NCBI RefSeq assembly: GCF_004365815.1
Contig: NZ_SODD01000014.1
Span: 1-32,000, forward strand
Length of the DNA stretch: 32,000 bases
Source of the DNA: Breznakia blatticola
Lineage (GTDB): Bacteria > Bacillota_I > Bacilli_A > Erysipelotrichales > Erysipelotrichaceae
Direction of reading: 5' to 3'
Position numbers and translations under genes: made by a program. Shown here one piece after another: positions 17,559 to 27,970 of this stretch. The notes beneath the pieces were generated by a model. That model worked only from the letters and a program-made list of their open reading frames with translations, did no database searches and was not told the origin of the DNA. Numbering within the stretch: position 1 is the first letter of the stretch; the number at the start of each line of letters is the position of its first letter.

Positions 17559-19521
17559 AGCTTGTGTCCTCCTGATTCAAATAATTGCGAATAGCATCTT
17601 TTAGTTCATCACATAATGCCTCGCTTGTCATACCTTCTCTTTGTACGGCGGCTGCGGTGAAGTGACCTCCACCTTTCATATCCTCCATAATTACTTGTAC
17701 GTTAACTACACCTTTACTTCGTGCAGAAATCGCAACTTGATTTTCATTAATTCGAGCAACCACAAATGCTGCTTCGATATTTTTAATCGCCAACAGTTCA
17801 TCTGCACCAATGGACATCAGTGAACGTGTCATAATGCGACTATCTTCTACACACGATATTAGAATATTATCATTGTACTTTTTGGCATATTTTAATACAT
17901 TGATCTTTTCTTCAAATTCCGTGTAATCTTCTTTTAATAAGGTTTCTACCTGCATTGGATCCACACCCCATTTTTTCAATTGTGCACAGGCTTCGAAGGT
18001 TCTAAATCCCGTACGCATTTGGAAATGGTTGGTATCAATCACAATACCTAAATACATAATGCTTGCTTCTGCATCATTGATATCTACTTTCCCTGGTTGA
18101 TAAGCAATCAGTTCTGTCATTAACTCACATGTACTACTTGCACTACTTTCTAAGTAGACAATCAGTGGTTTTTTCACAAAGTCAGGTCCTCTTCGATGGT
18201 GATCAATCACCAGAATACGATCTGCTTTTTCAACAAGTTCTTGGGCATTACTTTGAGCCGGATTGTGATAATCACTCACAATCACTAAGTCATTTTTCTT
18301 ACGTAAGCGTAACGCTTCTTCTTGCGTAATAAAGGTGTGACGATTTTCTAAACTTGAACCAAAGTATACCATTGCTTCTTTGGTATGTTTTTCAATTCCA
18401 CCACTTTGACTTACGATATACGTTTTCTTTTTATAAAACTGTGCAAGTCTAGACAAAGCTAGATTACTTCCCATGCAGTCAAAGTCCATTTCTTTATGAC
18501 CCGTAATAAAGATTTGTTCGCTATCTTGCATCACTTCTTTAATTGCTTGAGCCATAACCCGCACACGTACTCTTGAACGTGTACTTTTCGCTTCACTTTT
18601 TCCACCATAGTATTTTACATCTGCATCATTTAGTTGACTAGCAACTTGGTCTCCACCACGGCTTTGCGCGAGTTCAAGTAAGTCATTTACTTTTCCATCT
18701 AACTCACTTAATTTCTCACTACCACGTGCAAATGCCATCGATAATGTAATATTTACATCAATCTCTGCAGCTTTGGTACGCACATAATTGATAATATCAA
18801 ATTTCTCACCAAGAATATGTTCATAAATTTCTTCATCTAATACCATAAAGAAACGATCACTACGTAAACGACGAATACAAATTCCATGTTTGTTTGCCCA
18901 ATCGACAATTGGTTGTCGTAGATTTAGGTTCACATTGGTAATTGTCGTTTCATCTTCAAAGGCTTGCATGTCTTGGTAGTTATCCATATGTACAAGTCCA
19001 AGTACTAATGATTCTTTCTTATAGGTTTCTTTTAAGTCAGAATATTTTGAAATATCGCGAACAAACAATACATGTTCTTGTCCTTTACGACTAATTTCAT
19101 ATGTGAATTCTTTTTTGCGGCCAACAACTGTATCTTGACCACCTTGTAACAATTCTTCAATTTCAGGCACAAAGGTTGTAACCTTTTTACCGATTAAACT
19201 ACGATAGCCACGATCCATTAAGAAATTGGAAATCCACAATACTTCAAATTGCTCGTTGTATGTAATAATTCCAACCTTCCCAAATGAAAAGGCACCACCA
19301 GCTTCACTTCCTAAAATTTCTGAAATATTAACTGCTTCATTTTCACGTGCATTTTGAATTGAATTAATAATCCAAGCCACGAATATTGCATTCACTAAAA
19401 AGATGATAATCAATGGTACTGCGGCATCGATTAACCCAACAGCTAATAATAAAATCAGGGCAACTGCTTCAAGTACAAGTAGTACGACTACTTGCATTCG
19501 TATCCCATCGAAATATTTCAT
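17539..19521 (-). CDS. gdpP: Cyclic-di-AMP phosphodiesterase GdpP (YybT-like DHH/DHHA1)
   Basis: Two N-terminal TM helices, a central PAS/degenerate GGDEF region, DHH motif VIDHHRR and DHHA1 motif [10 protein letters not shown]. Synteny with rplI-dnaB. Confidence 0.9.
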   Translation of the reverse strand: MKYFDGIRMQVVVLLVLEAVALILLLAVGLIDAAVPLIIIFLVNAIFVAWIINSIQNARENEAVNISEILGSEAGGAFSFGKVGIITYNEQFEVLWISNFLMDRGYRSLIGKKVTTFVPEIEELLQGGQDTVVGRKKEFTYEISRKGQEHVLFVRDISKYSDLKETYKKESLVLGLVHMDNYQDMQAFEDETTITNVNLNLRQPIVDWANKHGICIRRLRSDRFFMVLDEEIYEHILGEKFDIINYVRTKAAEIDVNITLSMAFARGSEKLSELDGKVNDLLELAQSRGGDQVASQLNDADVKYYGGKSEAKSTRSRVRVRVMAQAIKEVMQDSEQIFITGHKEMDFDCMGSNLALSRLAQFYKKKTYIVSQSGGIEKHTKEAMVYFGSSLENRHTFITQEEALRLRKKNDLVIVSDYHNPAQSNAQELVEKADRILVIDHHRRGPDFVKKPLIVYLESSASSTCELMTELIAYQPGKVDINDAEASIMYLGIVIDTNHFQMRTGFRTFEACAQLKKWGVDPMQVETLLKEDYTEFEEKINVLKYAKKYNDNILISCVEDSRIMTRSLMSIGADELLAIKNIEAAFVVARINENQVAISARSKGVVNVQVIMEDMKGGGHFTAAAVQREGMTSEALCDELKDAIRNYLNQEDTSYESNLT

Positions 19522-19530
19522 GTTCCTCTC

Positions 19531-20418
19531 CTACTTTTCAATTATTTTTTCAATATGTCCACCAAAACTTACATAGATGCCTAAACACATCATAATGTTT
19601 TGTATAACAGGAATAAAACAGGCAATTAATGCACCTAGCACAATCGCTCTACTTCTCTTTTTGACACCATAGCTAATACATTCAATAACTCCAATCGTGA
19701 TAGCGATCATCATACATACCAAATACAACACAAGAATTGCATCTTCGTATGCGGCAGGTACACTAACAAATTGACTAATCGCATAAATCACTAACCCAAC
19801 GGTTGCTAGCATTCCTACTTGTTTTGGAATACGTACTTGGGTAATTGGTTTTAATGGTGCTACTTGAATACGTAAACGTGCCAAAATTACATGGCTTGCC
19901 ACATGGATCACAATCCCTTGCATAAATGCAGAGCCAATATATACAATGAGTACTACTAACATTGCTAAGGTTCTTGCGCCACTTGCAATTCCTGCTTGTT
20001 CCACCATCTTTGTTAGATCCATAACTTCTGCAATGATATCATAGCCAAAGATATGGCCAAACACGATTACAGTAAGTGCACTGACAAGTAACTGTGAAAC
20101 TATAGCTAGTATAAGTAAATATGCATTCTTCCAACCTTTTTTTAATCCAATCCCATAACATACACCACTTACCATCGCGGATATCAAAAGTACCATACCG
20201 GTAAAGGTAGAAAATAGAATCGAAGAAAGGATGCATGATATAGCCACAATCAGCCCACTTTGTATATCATAGCGTACCATATATACAATTAAAGGAATAC
20301 TAAGTAGCCAGAAAATCATTTCCTCTAGCACTCCTGCAAATTGTCGATTTAAAATCAGAAGGATGGCAACCATTGCAATCATCATTGCTCCTTCTGTAAT
20401 ATTCCTAGTTTTTCTCAT
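19531..20418 (-). CDS. YybS-like DUF2232 polytopic membrane protein
   Basis: Multi-pass membrane protein immediately upstream of gdpP, as in Bacillus yybS-yybT. I chose the start at ATG 20418 (MRKTRNITEG) rather than the ORF-track start at 20502. Confidence 0.65.
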   Translation of the reverse strand: MRKTRNITEGAMMIAMVAILLILNRQFAGVLEEMIFWLLSIPLIVYMVRYDIQSGLIVAISCILSSILFSTFTGMVLLISAMVSGVCYGIGLKKGWKNAYLLILAIVSQLLVSALTVIVFGHIFGYDIIAEVMDLTKMVEQAGIASGARTLAMLVVLIVYIGSAFMQGIVIHVASHVILARLRIQVAPLKPITQVRIPKQVGMLATVGLVIYAISQFVSVPAAYEDAILVLYLVCMMIAITIGVIECISYGVKKRSRAIVLGALIACFIPVIQNIMMCLGIYVSFGGHIEKIIEK

Positions 20419-20535
20419 ATGTATACCTTTCTCTATTTTACTATTTTTACTACCTGAATGAAAGAGAAACAAGAAACCTATACATTTGCACAAGTATCTC
20501 AAAAGAAAAAAGTAGCGAGTGTGTATTCACCTTCA

Positions 20536-21303
20536 CTACTGTTCTTCATAATCACTAAAATCAGGGAAATCTATCGATTTCTTCATAAAACTACTGTAGG
20601 TATTTTTATAGTAGAGTTTCATTTTCAATTCTTGCGTATTTTGTTTCAAGGTAAATGAAAATGATAAATCTTGTGTATCTACATATCCATTTGTATCAAT
20701 ACGATATTCTACTACCGTTGTATCCAGTTCAATCATATCATCTGTAACAACTATACCTGATAAGGCTTCAGTAAGTCTATCCGCAATAAATTCTTTAACC
20801 ACATCATCTTTTAATTTCACCTTTGCCTTTTGATTGGTTCCATCTTTTTCAATGGTCAAATCTTCCATATTGGATTTCCCAAAACTTTGAAGTTTTGTGG
20901 TTTCGGTTACTGAATCATCTTCTTCATCTAGTTTGGTTTTGACTTTTTGACCACTAGCAGCTGTATACATATACCCATCTTTGCAATACATAGTAATCGA
21001 ATCTTTCATCCCTGAATTATCCGTTTCCATTACGACTTTAGCTTCTCCAGTTTTTGTATCCGCTAAGTTATTTAAGATAAAATCCATATCTACACGTACA
21101 TACATATTTTCATCCGTATCACTTAGGATTTCTAATCCCATAATACTTTTTCCAGTTGTATGTGTCGCATCATCGGTTTTAGCGATTGCACGATTTAGCT
21201 TTTGAATGGCATTTTCTCCTGTTGCTTCTTCACTGTTTGTACAACCAATAAGTAGCACACTCACACAAGCAACAAGTACCATTATTTTCTTTAATATTTT
21301 CAT
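20536..21303 (-). CDS. Hypothetical lipoprotein
   Basis: Signal peptide with lipobox LIGC (MKILKKIMVLVACVSVLLIGCTNS). 255 aa. Confidence 0.75.
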   Translation of the reverse strand: MKILKKIMVLVACVSVLLIGCTNSEEATGENAIQKLNRAIAKTDDATHTTGKSIMGLEILSDTDENMYVRVDMDFILNNLADTKTGEAKVVMETDNSGMKDSITMYCKDGYMYTAASGQKVKTKLDEEDDSVTETTKLQSFGKSNMEDLTIEKDGTNQKAKVKLKDDVVKEFIADRLTEALSGIVVTDDMIELDTTVVEYRIDTNGYVDTQDLSFSFTLKQNTQELKMKLYYKNTYSSFMKKSIDFPDFSDYEEQ

Positions 21304-21395
21304 GTTTTTAATTATACGCCATCTTTTTTCAAAAGCAATGAAACCTGTGTGAACATTTTGGATATCAAGTAATCAACACATAAGAAAATCGTATA

Positions 21396-21419
21396 TAAAA
21401 AGCTCGTAATAACGAGCTT
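21396..21419 (-). terminator. Rho-independent terminator after the DUF975-like gene
   Basis: AAGCTCGT-4 nt-ACGAGCTT followed by TTTTATAT on the minus strand. Confidence 0.7.
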
Positions 21420-21426
21420 AGTTCTA

Positions 21427-22182
21427 TTAAAATTCTACTGTATTCACGAAATCATCTTGTTGATTGTCATTTGCATTTTGTGAATAGTCTTGATCTGGAT
21501 AAAGTTTTGATTTTAATTGTTCGTACACATCAAATTGTGTAAGTGTTTTATATGGTAATACATACAGGTTTGAAATACCATAAGAAACAAGAGCCAACAT
21601 TTCCCATAAAATAAATGATAAATCTAATACAAAGAAATTCAACTTACTTCCTTTACTTAAAATACCTGATTCCGTTAATGTTTCACCAATTCCAAGTTCT
21701 GGTTGATCTACGGCGATTTGTTCAACCAAATAGAAACGGAAAGTTAAGTAAATTCCAGGAACAACTAATAATATATATCCAAGTGCTATTATAACATTTT
21801 TAACAAACACCTTTAATACAAAGTTAATAAATCCTCCAAATGATGCCAAACTTGAAAACGGTACTGCATCGCTTGCTGTATGTTTTGAAAGATATCCTGC
21901 AGATAACATTAAAAAATAATTAAAGAAAGCTACAACCGTTGAAATTAAAAACGATACCGGTATTGTAACAAGCAATGAATTAAAGTATGCTTTTACAACC
22001 AAGTTCGCTTGTGATTGTGTCAACGATTCATACGTTGCACTAGCTCCCATCGAAAATGTTGGTGTAAAAAAATTTGCTACAAAGTTAAAAATAATAGGAA
22101 TGGCTGCTAATGCACCTAAAAACAGTATATTACGGTGCAAAATATTTTTTGCTCTCACCTTCGCTAATTGACGATTAAACAT
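21427..22182 (-). CDS. DUF975-like integral membrane protein
   Basis: 251 aa multi-pass protein. The N-terminal pattern R.LAKVRAKNIL resembles DUF975. GGAGGAG SD. Confidence 0.55.
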   Translation of the reverse strand: MFNRQLAKVRAKNILHRNILFLGALAAIPIIFNFVANFFTPTFSMGASATYESLTQSQANLVVKAYFNSLLVTIPVSFLISTVVAFFNYFLMLSAGYLSKHTASDAVPFSSLASFGGFINFVLKVFVKNVIIALGYILLVVPGIYLTFRFYLVEQIAVDQPELGIGETLTESGILSKGSKLNFFVLDLSFILWEMLALVSYGISNLYVLPYKTLTQFDVYEQLKSKLYPDQDYSQNANDNQQDDFVNTVEF

Positions 22183-22197
22183 ATTCTCCTCCTCTAG

Positions 22198-22494
22198 TTA
22201 ATCTTCTGGTAATTTAAATACTTGCTCACCATCACCCTTGGTCAAGTTATATTTACCTCTTGCATAATTGACAACGTATTCTTCGTTATTCAATTTGCTT
22301 TTTTCATCTTCAAACTTTGCTTTTTCTTGTCGCAAAGTTTTTAATTCTTCTTCATAACCGGAGATATTTTCACGCAAAGTAAGTGTTAATTGCACTTCTT
22401 TTACAACTTGGGCAATGCAGTATATCGATGCAATCATCAACAATGCAAGAATAACATAATGTGATGGTTTCCTTTTTTTCTTTGCTTGAGCCAT
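22198..22494 (-). CDS. divIC: Septum formation initiator family protein (DivIC/FtsB)
   Basis: 98 aa with a basic N-terminus, one TM helix and a coiled coil. Synteny downstream of mfd-yabO. Confidence 0.8.
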   Translation of the reverse strand: MAQAKKKRKPSHYVILALLMIASIYCIAQVVKEVQLTLTLRENISGYEEELKTLRQEKAKFEDEKSKLNNEEYVVNYARGKYNLTKGDGEQVFKLPED

Positions 22495-22534
22495 GTATAC
22501 CTCCTTTTTATGTAGTTATAGTTTACTTGTTTTA

Positions 22535-22675
22535 TTAGAAGAATTCAACATTTACACCATATAGTGAATCACGTAAATCCAATAATTCGATATATGACAT
22601 TTTTTCCAACTCATCTTTTGATTGTGTACACATCGGAATTGAGAGTATCTCATTAATCAAATATTCAATATTCAT
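22535..22675 (-). CDS. Hypothetical 46-aa protein
   Basis: MNIEYLINEILSIPMCTQSKDELEKMSYIELLDLRDSLYGVNVEFF. The ATG lies 4 nt after the rqcP stop. It fills the gap where Bacillus has yabP/yabQ. It is not in the ORF track (<60 aa). Confidence 0.3.
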   Translation of the reverse strand: MNIEYLINEILSIPMCTQSKDELEKMSYIELLDLRDSLYGVNVEFF

Positions 22676-22679
22676 TCCT

Positions 22680-22961
22680 TCAGTTTCCATAGTCTTCCTT
22701 TCTTATTTCAATTCGTTTTTCCTCAATTACTTCAAACATTAAGGTTGCATCGTTTTTTGATACTTGTTTTGGTGTATCAAGTACTTTTACTGTAAGTTCA
22801 CGATTTCCAAATTGTATGGTAATCGTATCACCAATTTCTACATTGGTCGCTGGCTTTGCTCTTCTGCCATTGACCATAACTCTTTCTTTATCTGCAAGTT
22901 CTTTACTTACACTTCTACGTTTTAAGATTCTTGCTACTTTCAAATATTTATCTAATCGCAT
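22680..22961 (-). CDS. rqcP: S4-domain RNA-binding protein RqcP/YabO (Hsp15-like)
   Basis: MRLDKYLKVARILKRRSVSKELAD... is close to B. subtilis YabO as I recall it. AGGAG SD. The start at 22961 lies after the mfd stop, so the ORF-track start at 23000 is less likely. Confidence 0.9.
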   Translation of the reverse strand: MRLDKYLKVARILKRRSVSKELADKERVMVNGRRAKPATNVEIGDTITIQFGNRELTVKVLDTPKQVSKNDATLMFEVIEEKRIEIRKEDYGN

Positions 22962-22968
22962 AGTTCTC

Positions 22969-25900
22969 CTATAATTTGCCACATTGGGCAATAAATTCAA
23001 TGATTAACTCTAAATAGTTTTTGACTTTTGGTAGTTTTGCTACAATCTTTTTATTTACATATGCAATGCGTATTTCTTTGGAGATGGTCGTTGCTAGTTG
23101 GAAAAGTTTAACCCCATCTACACTACTACTCCATTTTTCAGTGAAATTGACTTCGACATCGCGATCTTTTTCTCTAAAACTTTCTACGTGTTTCTCATTC
23201 ACCAATAAATCCAAACGCTTTTTCTCAAATAACATACCGACTTGTTTTGGTAGTTTTCCATATAAGTCTGACGTATCTTTATATAAACGATTTAATTTAC
23301 CTAATGTTGATACTCCATCAATTTGTTGGTAAAGAGATAGTTTTTCATAATCTTCCTCTTCGAACTTTTCAGGAAAATAGGCATCCACTTTTACATTGGT
23401 ACGAATGATTTCCTTTTCTGGTTCGATTTTGATTCCTTTACTTTCCTTGATGGCATCATTTAGCATTTCTAGATACATATCGATACCTACAGTATCAATA
23501 AATCCTGCTTGTTTTGGACCAAGCATTTCTCCTGCACCACGAATGGTTAAATCACGTAATGCAATTTGATAACCCGAACCAAGCTTTGCAAAATCTTTCA
23601 TCGATTGCAAACGTTTGGTCGCAATTTCACTAAGTTGTTTATTTGGTGCATATAGTAAGTACGCATATGCTAAACGACTACTTCGTCCGACTCTACCTTT
23701 GATTTGATACAACTGACTTAACCCAAAGGTGTCTGCATTTTCAACCAAAATTGTATTTGCATTTGGAATATCGATTCCCGTTTCAATGATTGTTGTACAA
23801 ATTAGGACATCGTATTCCTTGTTGGTAAATTGTAGCATTACATCTTCTAAGTCTTCTTTTGACATTTGCCCATGAGCAACACCAAAGCGAACACCTTTCA
23901 TGTCTTTTGCTAGTTTACTAGCTACACTATAAATATTTTTTACTTTATTGTAGACATAGAATACTTGTCCATTGCGTGAAAGTTCACGTTCAATGACTTC
24001 TTTAATCAAACTATAATCTTTTTCGATTACATAGGTTTGTACACTTAAGCGATTGACTGGTGGTGTATTTAGTTGTGATAGAGAACGAATTCCAACAAGT
24101 GACATCTGTAACGTTCTTGGAATTGGCGTTGCCGATAAACTTAATACATCAATCGTATTTTTTAATTCTTTAATCTTTTCTTTGTGTTCTACCCCAAAGC
24201 GTTGTTCCTCATCAATGATTAATAATCCCAAGTCTTTAAACTTAATATCTTTGGATAGTAAACGATGGGTTCCAATAAGTAAATCGATTTTCCCTTCTGC
24301 TAAGTCTTTTTTGATTTGTGTCATTTCCTTTGTTGAAACAAAGCGATTTACAACTTTGATTGTAACTGGAAAATTACGCATTCTAGCAACTGCTGTTTTT
24401 ACATGTTGCAAAGAAAGAATCGTCGTTGGACAAAGAAATGCAACTTGCTTATTATCGGTAATTGCTTTAAAAGCTGCTCGTAAAGCAACTTCGGTTTTTC
24501 CAAAACCAACATCCCCACAAAGCAAGCGGTCCATTGGCACTTCACTTTCCATATCTTTTTTGATTTCCTCTGTAGCCGTTTTTTGATCTACAGTTAGTGA
24601 ATAATCAAAATCATCTTCAAATGATTTTTGAAGTTCACTATCTGGTGCATAGGCATGACCAATATGCTTTTCACGCAACGAATATAATTTCACAAGACGT
24701 TCAGCAAGTTCTTTTACATTCGCACTTACTTTTTCTTTTGTTTTTTCCCAATCTTTCGTTCCTAGCTTATTCAGTTTAGGACTTGCTCCTTCTTTAGACA
24801 CAAACTTACGAACTAAACGAAATTGTTCCAGCGGAACAAATAGTATATCATTCCCTTTATAGACAACCTTTAAGTAATCTTTATGAATACCATCTTTTTC
24901 TTTCGTGACAATTCCTAAGTATTGTCCGACTCCGTAAAGTTTATGTACAACAAAGTCACCTGGTTGTAAGTCTTGGTAATGTTGTAAGACTTCAGCATCT
25001 TTAAACTTATTTTGATAACGTGCTTTATAGTGTACGGTATCAAATAGTTCTTGTGATGTATAAACCGCAATCTTTTCATTTGTTGCAACAAAGCCACTAA
25101 TTAATGGAAGTGAAGCAAATAAGGATTCTAATGACTTGTCAATTTGTAAGAGAAGTTCTTTTTCCATTTCACTTACACTTACATACACTTCATAGTCTTG
25201 ACTATATGTGCGTATTTCTTCTACTTTTCTTTCGAGTGGAATATCTAATGTTTGTAGTTCACTAATATTAGAAAATATTGGTTGTTTTACACTGACAAAG
25301 CGATGAATTTTCATATCTTTTCTAGTGAATGTATAAAATTCGTAAGCTATCGTATAAATTGGCAACATTTCACCAATTTCACTCATCTCTTGAATATAAC
25401 CGATATTTTCACCAAATATCTTTTTATGATATTCTTCACAGTCCTCATAACTACTTAAGATACGATATCCAAAGTTTCCATAATCTTGGATACTGTAGTT
25501 TTCTTCCAACAGTGAATATAATGCACGATCTGCTGGTTGAAATGCTTTCTTTCCAATTCGTTCTTTAATGTCTTCAAGCAATTCATCATCAGCAAACTTT
25601 GTAGATAGTTGATTGATTATTCGTGTTTCTTCAGCTTGCGAGAATAGTATGTCGCTTGCACAAATAATCGTCGCTTCTTGAATCTGTTTTACTGTTTTCT
25701 TTGTGGATATATCAAAGAAGCGAATACTATCAATGACATTATCAAAGAACTCAATTCGTATAGGTAAATCATAATTCATCGAGAATACATCAATAATTCC
25801 CCCACGGGTTGCATATGTTAGTGGTTGATCTACATAACCAACCTTTTCATAACCTGCTTCAAATAGGGTTTGTTTTAAACTGTCATAACCAATTTCTTGA

Positions 25901-26313
25901 TCAATTTTTAATTCGATAATATGCTCTGCAAACACCTTTGGATTTGGCAAAAACTTAGTATAAGCTCCTACATGTGTAATGATTACTAAGTCATCTTCAT
26001 GTAATAAGCGATATAAGATTTCTACTTTATTAGCTACTACCTCATTGTTTTGACTTAAGGCTTCAATTCGCATACTTTCTTCTACGCTAAAAAGCAGCAC
26101 TTTATCTTTTAAGAGGGGGGATAACCGCTCGTAAAGTTTCTGTGCTGTATATAAATTATGTTTCACAATAAGCATGCTTTCTTTTTGCTTTTGGTAAGTT
26201 GAAGCAATCATTAAACTCTCTTCAACTTCGCTTAGATTTCCAAGTTGATTACTCTTGGCTGCAAAAGCTTTGAAGGCATCATTGTGCGATAAAACTTTTA
26301 GTAAGTTATTCAT
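22969..26313 (-). CDS. mfd: Transcription-repair coupling factor
   Basis: 1114 aa with Walker A GDVGFGKTEVA and DEEQRFGV. Confidence 0.95.
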   Translation of the reverse strand: MNNLLKVLSHNDAFKAFAAKSNQLGNLSEVEESLMIASTYQKQKESMLIVKHNLYTAQKLYERLSPLLKDKVLLFSVEESMRIEALSQNNEVVANKVEILYRLLHEDDLVIITHVGAYTKFLPNPKVFAEHIIELKIDQEIGYDSLKQTLFEAGYEKVGYVDQPLTYATRGGIIDVFSMNYDLPIRIEFFDNVIDSIRFFDISTKKTVKQIQEATIICASDILFSQAEETRIINQLSTKFADDELLEDIKERIGKKAFQPADRALYSLLEENYSIQDYGNFGYRILSSYEDCEEYHKKIFGENIGYIQEMSEIGEMLPIYTIAYEFYTFTRKDMKIHRFVSVKQPIFSNISELQTLDIPLERKVEEIRTYSQDYEVYVSVSEMEKELLLQIDKSLESLFASLPLISGFVATNEKIAVYTSQELFDTVHYKARYQNKFKDAEVLQHYQDLQPGDFVVHKLYGVGQYLGIVTKEKDGIHKDYLKVVYKGNDILFVPLEQFRLVRKFVSKEGASPKLNKLGTKDWEKTKEKVSANVKELAERLVKLYSLREKHIGHAYAPDSELQKSFEDDFDYSLTVDQKTATEEIKKDMESEVPMDRLLCGDVGFGKTEVALRAAFKAITDNKQVAFLCPTTILSLQHVKTAVARMRNFPVTIKVVNRFVSTKEMTQIKKDLAEGKIDLLIGTHRLLSKDIKFKDLGLLIIDEEQRFGVEHKEKIKELKNTIDVLSLSATPIPRTLQMSLVGIRSLSQLNTPPVNRLSVQTYVIEKDYSLIKEVIERELSRNGQVFYVYNKVKNIYSVASKLAKDMKGVRFGVAHGQMSKEDLEDVMLQFTNKEYDVLICTTIIETGIDIPNANTILVENADTFGLSQLYQIKGRVGRSSRLAYAYLLYAPNKQLSEIATKRLQSMKDFAKLGSGYQIALRDLTIRGAGEMLGPKQAGFIDTVGIDMYLEMLNDAIKESKGIKIEPEKEIIRTNVKVDAYFPEKFEEEDYEKLSLYQQIDGVSTLGKLNRLYKDTSDLYGKLPKQVGMLFEKKRLDLLVNEKHVESFREKDRDVEVNFTEKWSSSVDGVKLFQLATTISKEIRIAYVNKKIVAKLPKVKNYLELIIEFIAQCGKL

Positions 26314-26320
26314 TCACACC

Positions 26321-26881
26321 TCACTTCTTGTTGTAGGTTTCCATGACTTGATTGAAACTTTTATTACAGGCTTCAATTGCAGCATCTGCTGCATTTGATA
26401 CAGCTTGTTGGAAATCACTTTGATCTTCCTTTGCGACTTTACCAAGTACATAGTCTACCGTAGGGATACGTGGATCACGTCCAATCCCTACACGAATACG
26501 GCGAAGTTCATCAGTACCTAAATGACGTATGATGCTTTTTACACCATTTTGTCCTCCTGCACTTCCTTTTTCTCGTAATCGTAATTTTCCTACTGGCATA
26601 TCTAAATCATCATAGATTAGCAATATCTCTTCATCAGGAATATCAAAGTAATCTGCAATAGCAATAACACTTTCTCCTGAATTATTCATAAACGTCATCG
26701 GTTTTAGTAAATATACTTTCTCCCCTTTTACAAAGGTTTGGGTATACAATCCTTTAAACTTTTCTTGGTTTATCTCAACACCGAGTTTTCTAGCAATTTC
26801 ATCCATTACCATAAACCCTGCATTGTGTCTTGTTTTTTCATATTGTTTTCCTGGGTTTCCAAGTCCAACTATTAATTTCAT
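26321..26881 (-). CDS. pth: Peptidyl-tRNA hydrolase
   Basis: MKLIVGLGNPG..YEKTRHNAGF. 186 aa. Confidence 0.95.
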   Translation of the reverse strand: MKLIVGLGNPGKQYEKTRHNAGFMVMDEIARKLGVEINQEKFKGLYTQTFVKGEKVYLLKPMTFMNNSGESVIAIADYFDIPDEEILLIYDDLDMPVGKLRLREKGSAGGQNGVKSIIRHLGTDELRRIRVGIGRDPRIPTVDYVLGKVAKEDQSDFQQAVSNAADAAIEACNKSFNQVMETYNKK

Positions 26882-27138
26882 TCTTCTTTTAACCCCTTTC
26901 TACGAACCCGCGCAATTTCATCTTGAATGGCACGATATTGTACACATACAATTTCATTGATTTCATCTACGCTCAAGTTCTTGTTTGCCACAATCGACAC
27001 TGACAAATCACTTTGCACAATCACTGAAATTTGTCCATCTTTTAAGCGAATGGAACGAATTAGATCATATACAAGTTCTTCTTTTTCTGGTTTCCCAGTA
27101 TAGCGTGATGTAATTATTGCGCGTTCTTTACTTGCCAT
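26878..27138 (-). CDS. Hypothetical 86-aa protein translationally coupled to pth
   Basis: GGAGGG SD 9 nt upstream of the ATG at 27138. ATGA overlap with pth. I do not recognise the family. Confidence 0.6.
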   Translation of the reverse strand: MASKERAIITSRYTGKPEKEELVYDLIRSIRLKDGQISVIVQSDLSVSIVANKNLSVDEINEIVCVQYRAIQDEIARVRRKGLKEE

Positions 27139-27165
27139 CTTTATCCGTCCCTCCGTTATGTATCT

Positions 27166-27194
27166 ATTGTACAACACCACTTCAACTACTTCAA
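27166..27194 (-). promoter_or_regulatory. Candidate promoter TTGAAG-17-TACAAT with upstream TG
   Basis: Read on the minus strand about 30 nt upstream of the ATG at 27138. Confidence 0.45.
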
Positions 27195-27281
27195 TTTAGA
27201 AAACCAAGTTTCCTAAAGTCGTTTTATTAGTATATCAATTTCTACATAAAATACTAGAGCAAAATCAAAATTCACAAGTTA

Positions 27282-27917
27282 CTAACTTATTACATTTTCT
27301 AGATATTCATCCAATGCTTGATAAAACTGAGCAATATGCAATCCATCAACAAGTGCATGATTACATAGTACTGTAACTGGTATTTCCACTTTACCATTTT
27401 GAGATGTATATTTCCCCCATGTAATCCGAGGATTGCTATCAGCAGGAGATGGCGTTGGATTACTTAATGCAATATAAGAAAGCCAAGGAAGACTTGAGAT
27501 GAACAGTAATTCGTTTGCATCTTCTTCATCATCACTTGTACTTCTTGCTTCTCTAGCATCTTCTTGCGCCTTTATAGCATAAGGAAGATACTTTTTAAAA
27601 GGCATATTTGTTGATAATGTGCAGTAACAATACGTTCCATCCTCTAATACAACTGTATGCGATGTTTTGCAATCCGCATATTCAGCAATTCCATCATTCA
27701 TTATACGTTGACGAAATTCAGGCACACTGTTTGCAGCTCTAGCCACACAATAATTAAACGTTAAAAAGAAGGGTAACTTCTTTTCTTTTACCACCTGTAT
27801 AAACTTTGTAATATCTACTTGTACAGTCAATCCTACATATGGATTTGCCAAACTTTTGAAATATGTAAAATGATCTTTTCTTTTATATACATTCATATCT
27901 ACTACTTTATAATTCAT
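27282..27917 (-). CDS. CatA-like (type A chloramphenicol acetyltransferase family) O-acetyltransferase
   Basis: 211 aa. The N-terminal W.RK.HF..F-like segment reads YKRKDHFTYF. The active-site region VLCNHALVDGLHIAQF corresponds to CAT HHAVCDGFH with the catalytic His retained. Confidence 0.8.
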   Translation of the reverse strand: MNYKVVDMNVYKRKDHFTYFKSLANPYVGLTVQVDITKFIQVVKEKKLPFFLTFNYCVARAANSVPEFRQRIMNDGIAEYADCKTSHTVVLEDGTYCYCTLSTNMPFKKYLPYAIKAQEDAREARSTSDDEEDANELLFISSLPWLSYIALSNPTPSPADSNPRITWGKYTSQNGKVEIPVTVLCNHALVDGLHIAQFYQALDEYLENVIS

Positions 27918-27940
27918 GTCTTTATCCTCACAGTATCCTT

Positions 27941-27968
27941 ATTGTACAATGCAACAGCTTATTATCAA
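27941..27968 (-). promoter_or_regulatory. Candidate promoter TTGATA-16-TACAAT for the CatA-like gene
   Basis: Hexamers read on the minus strand. A GAGGA SD follows. Confidence 0.45.
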
Positions 27969-27970
27969 AC

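Noticed and set aside
17131-17604. 157-aa plus-strand ORF
   Set aside because: It is antisense to rplI and the gdpP 3' end. Its low-complexity Ser/Thr/Phe composition is the mirror of a Lys/Glu-rich gene, and it has no SD.
24053-24586. 177-aa plus-strand ORF
   Set aside because: It is a shadow ORF antisense to the conserved helicase core of mfd, with no SD and no recognisable motifs. The same reasoning applies to the other short plus-strand ORFs inside msrAB, glgP, glgB, pgm, dnaB, gdpP and the TasA-like genes.
26115-26120. G6 homopolymer (C6 on the coding strand) inside mfd as a phase-variation tract
   Set aside because: The tract is short, the ORF is intact and full length, and mfd is not a typical contingency locus.
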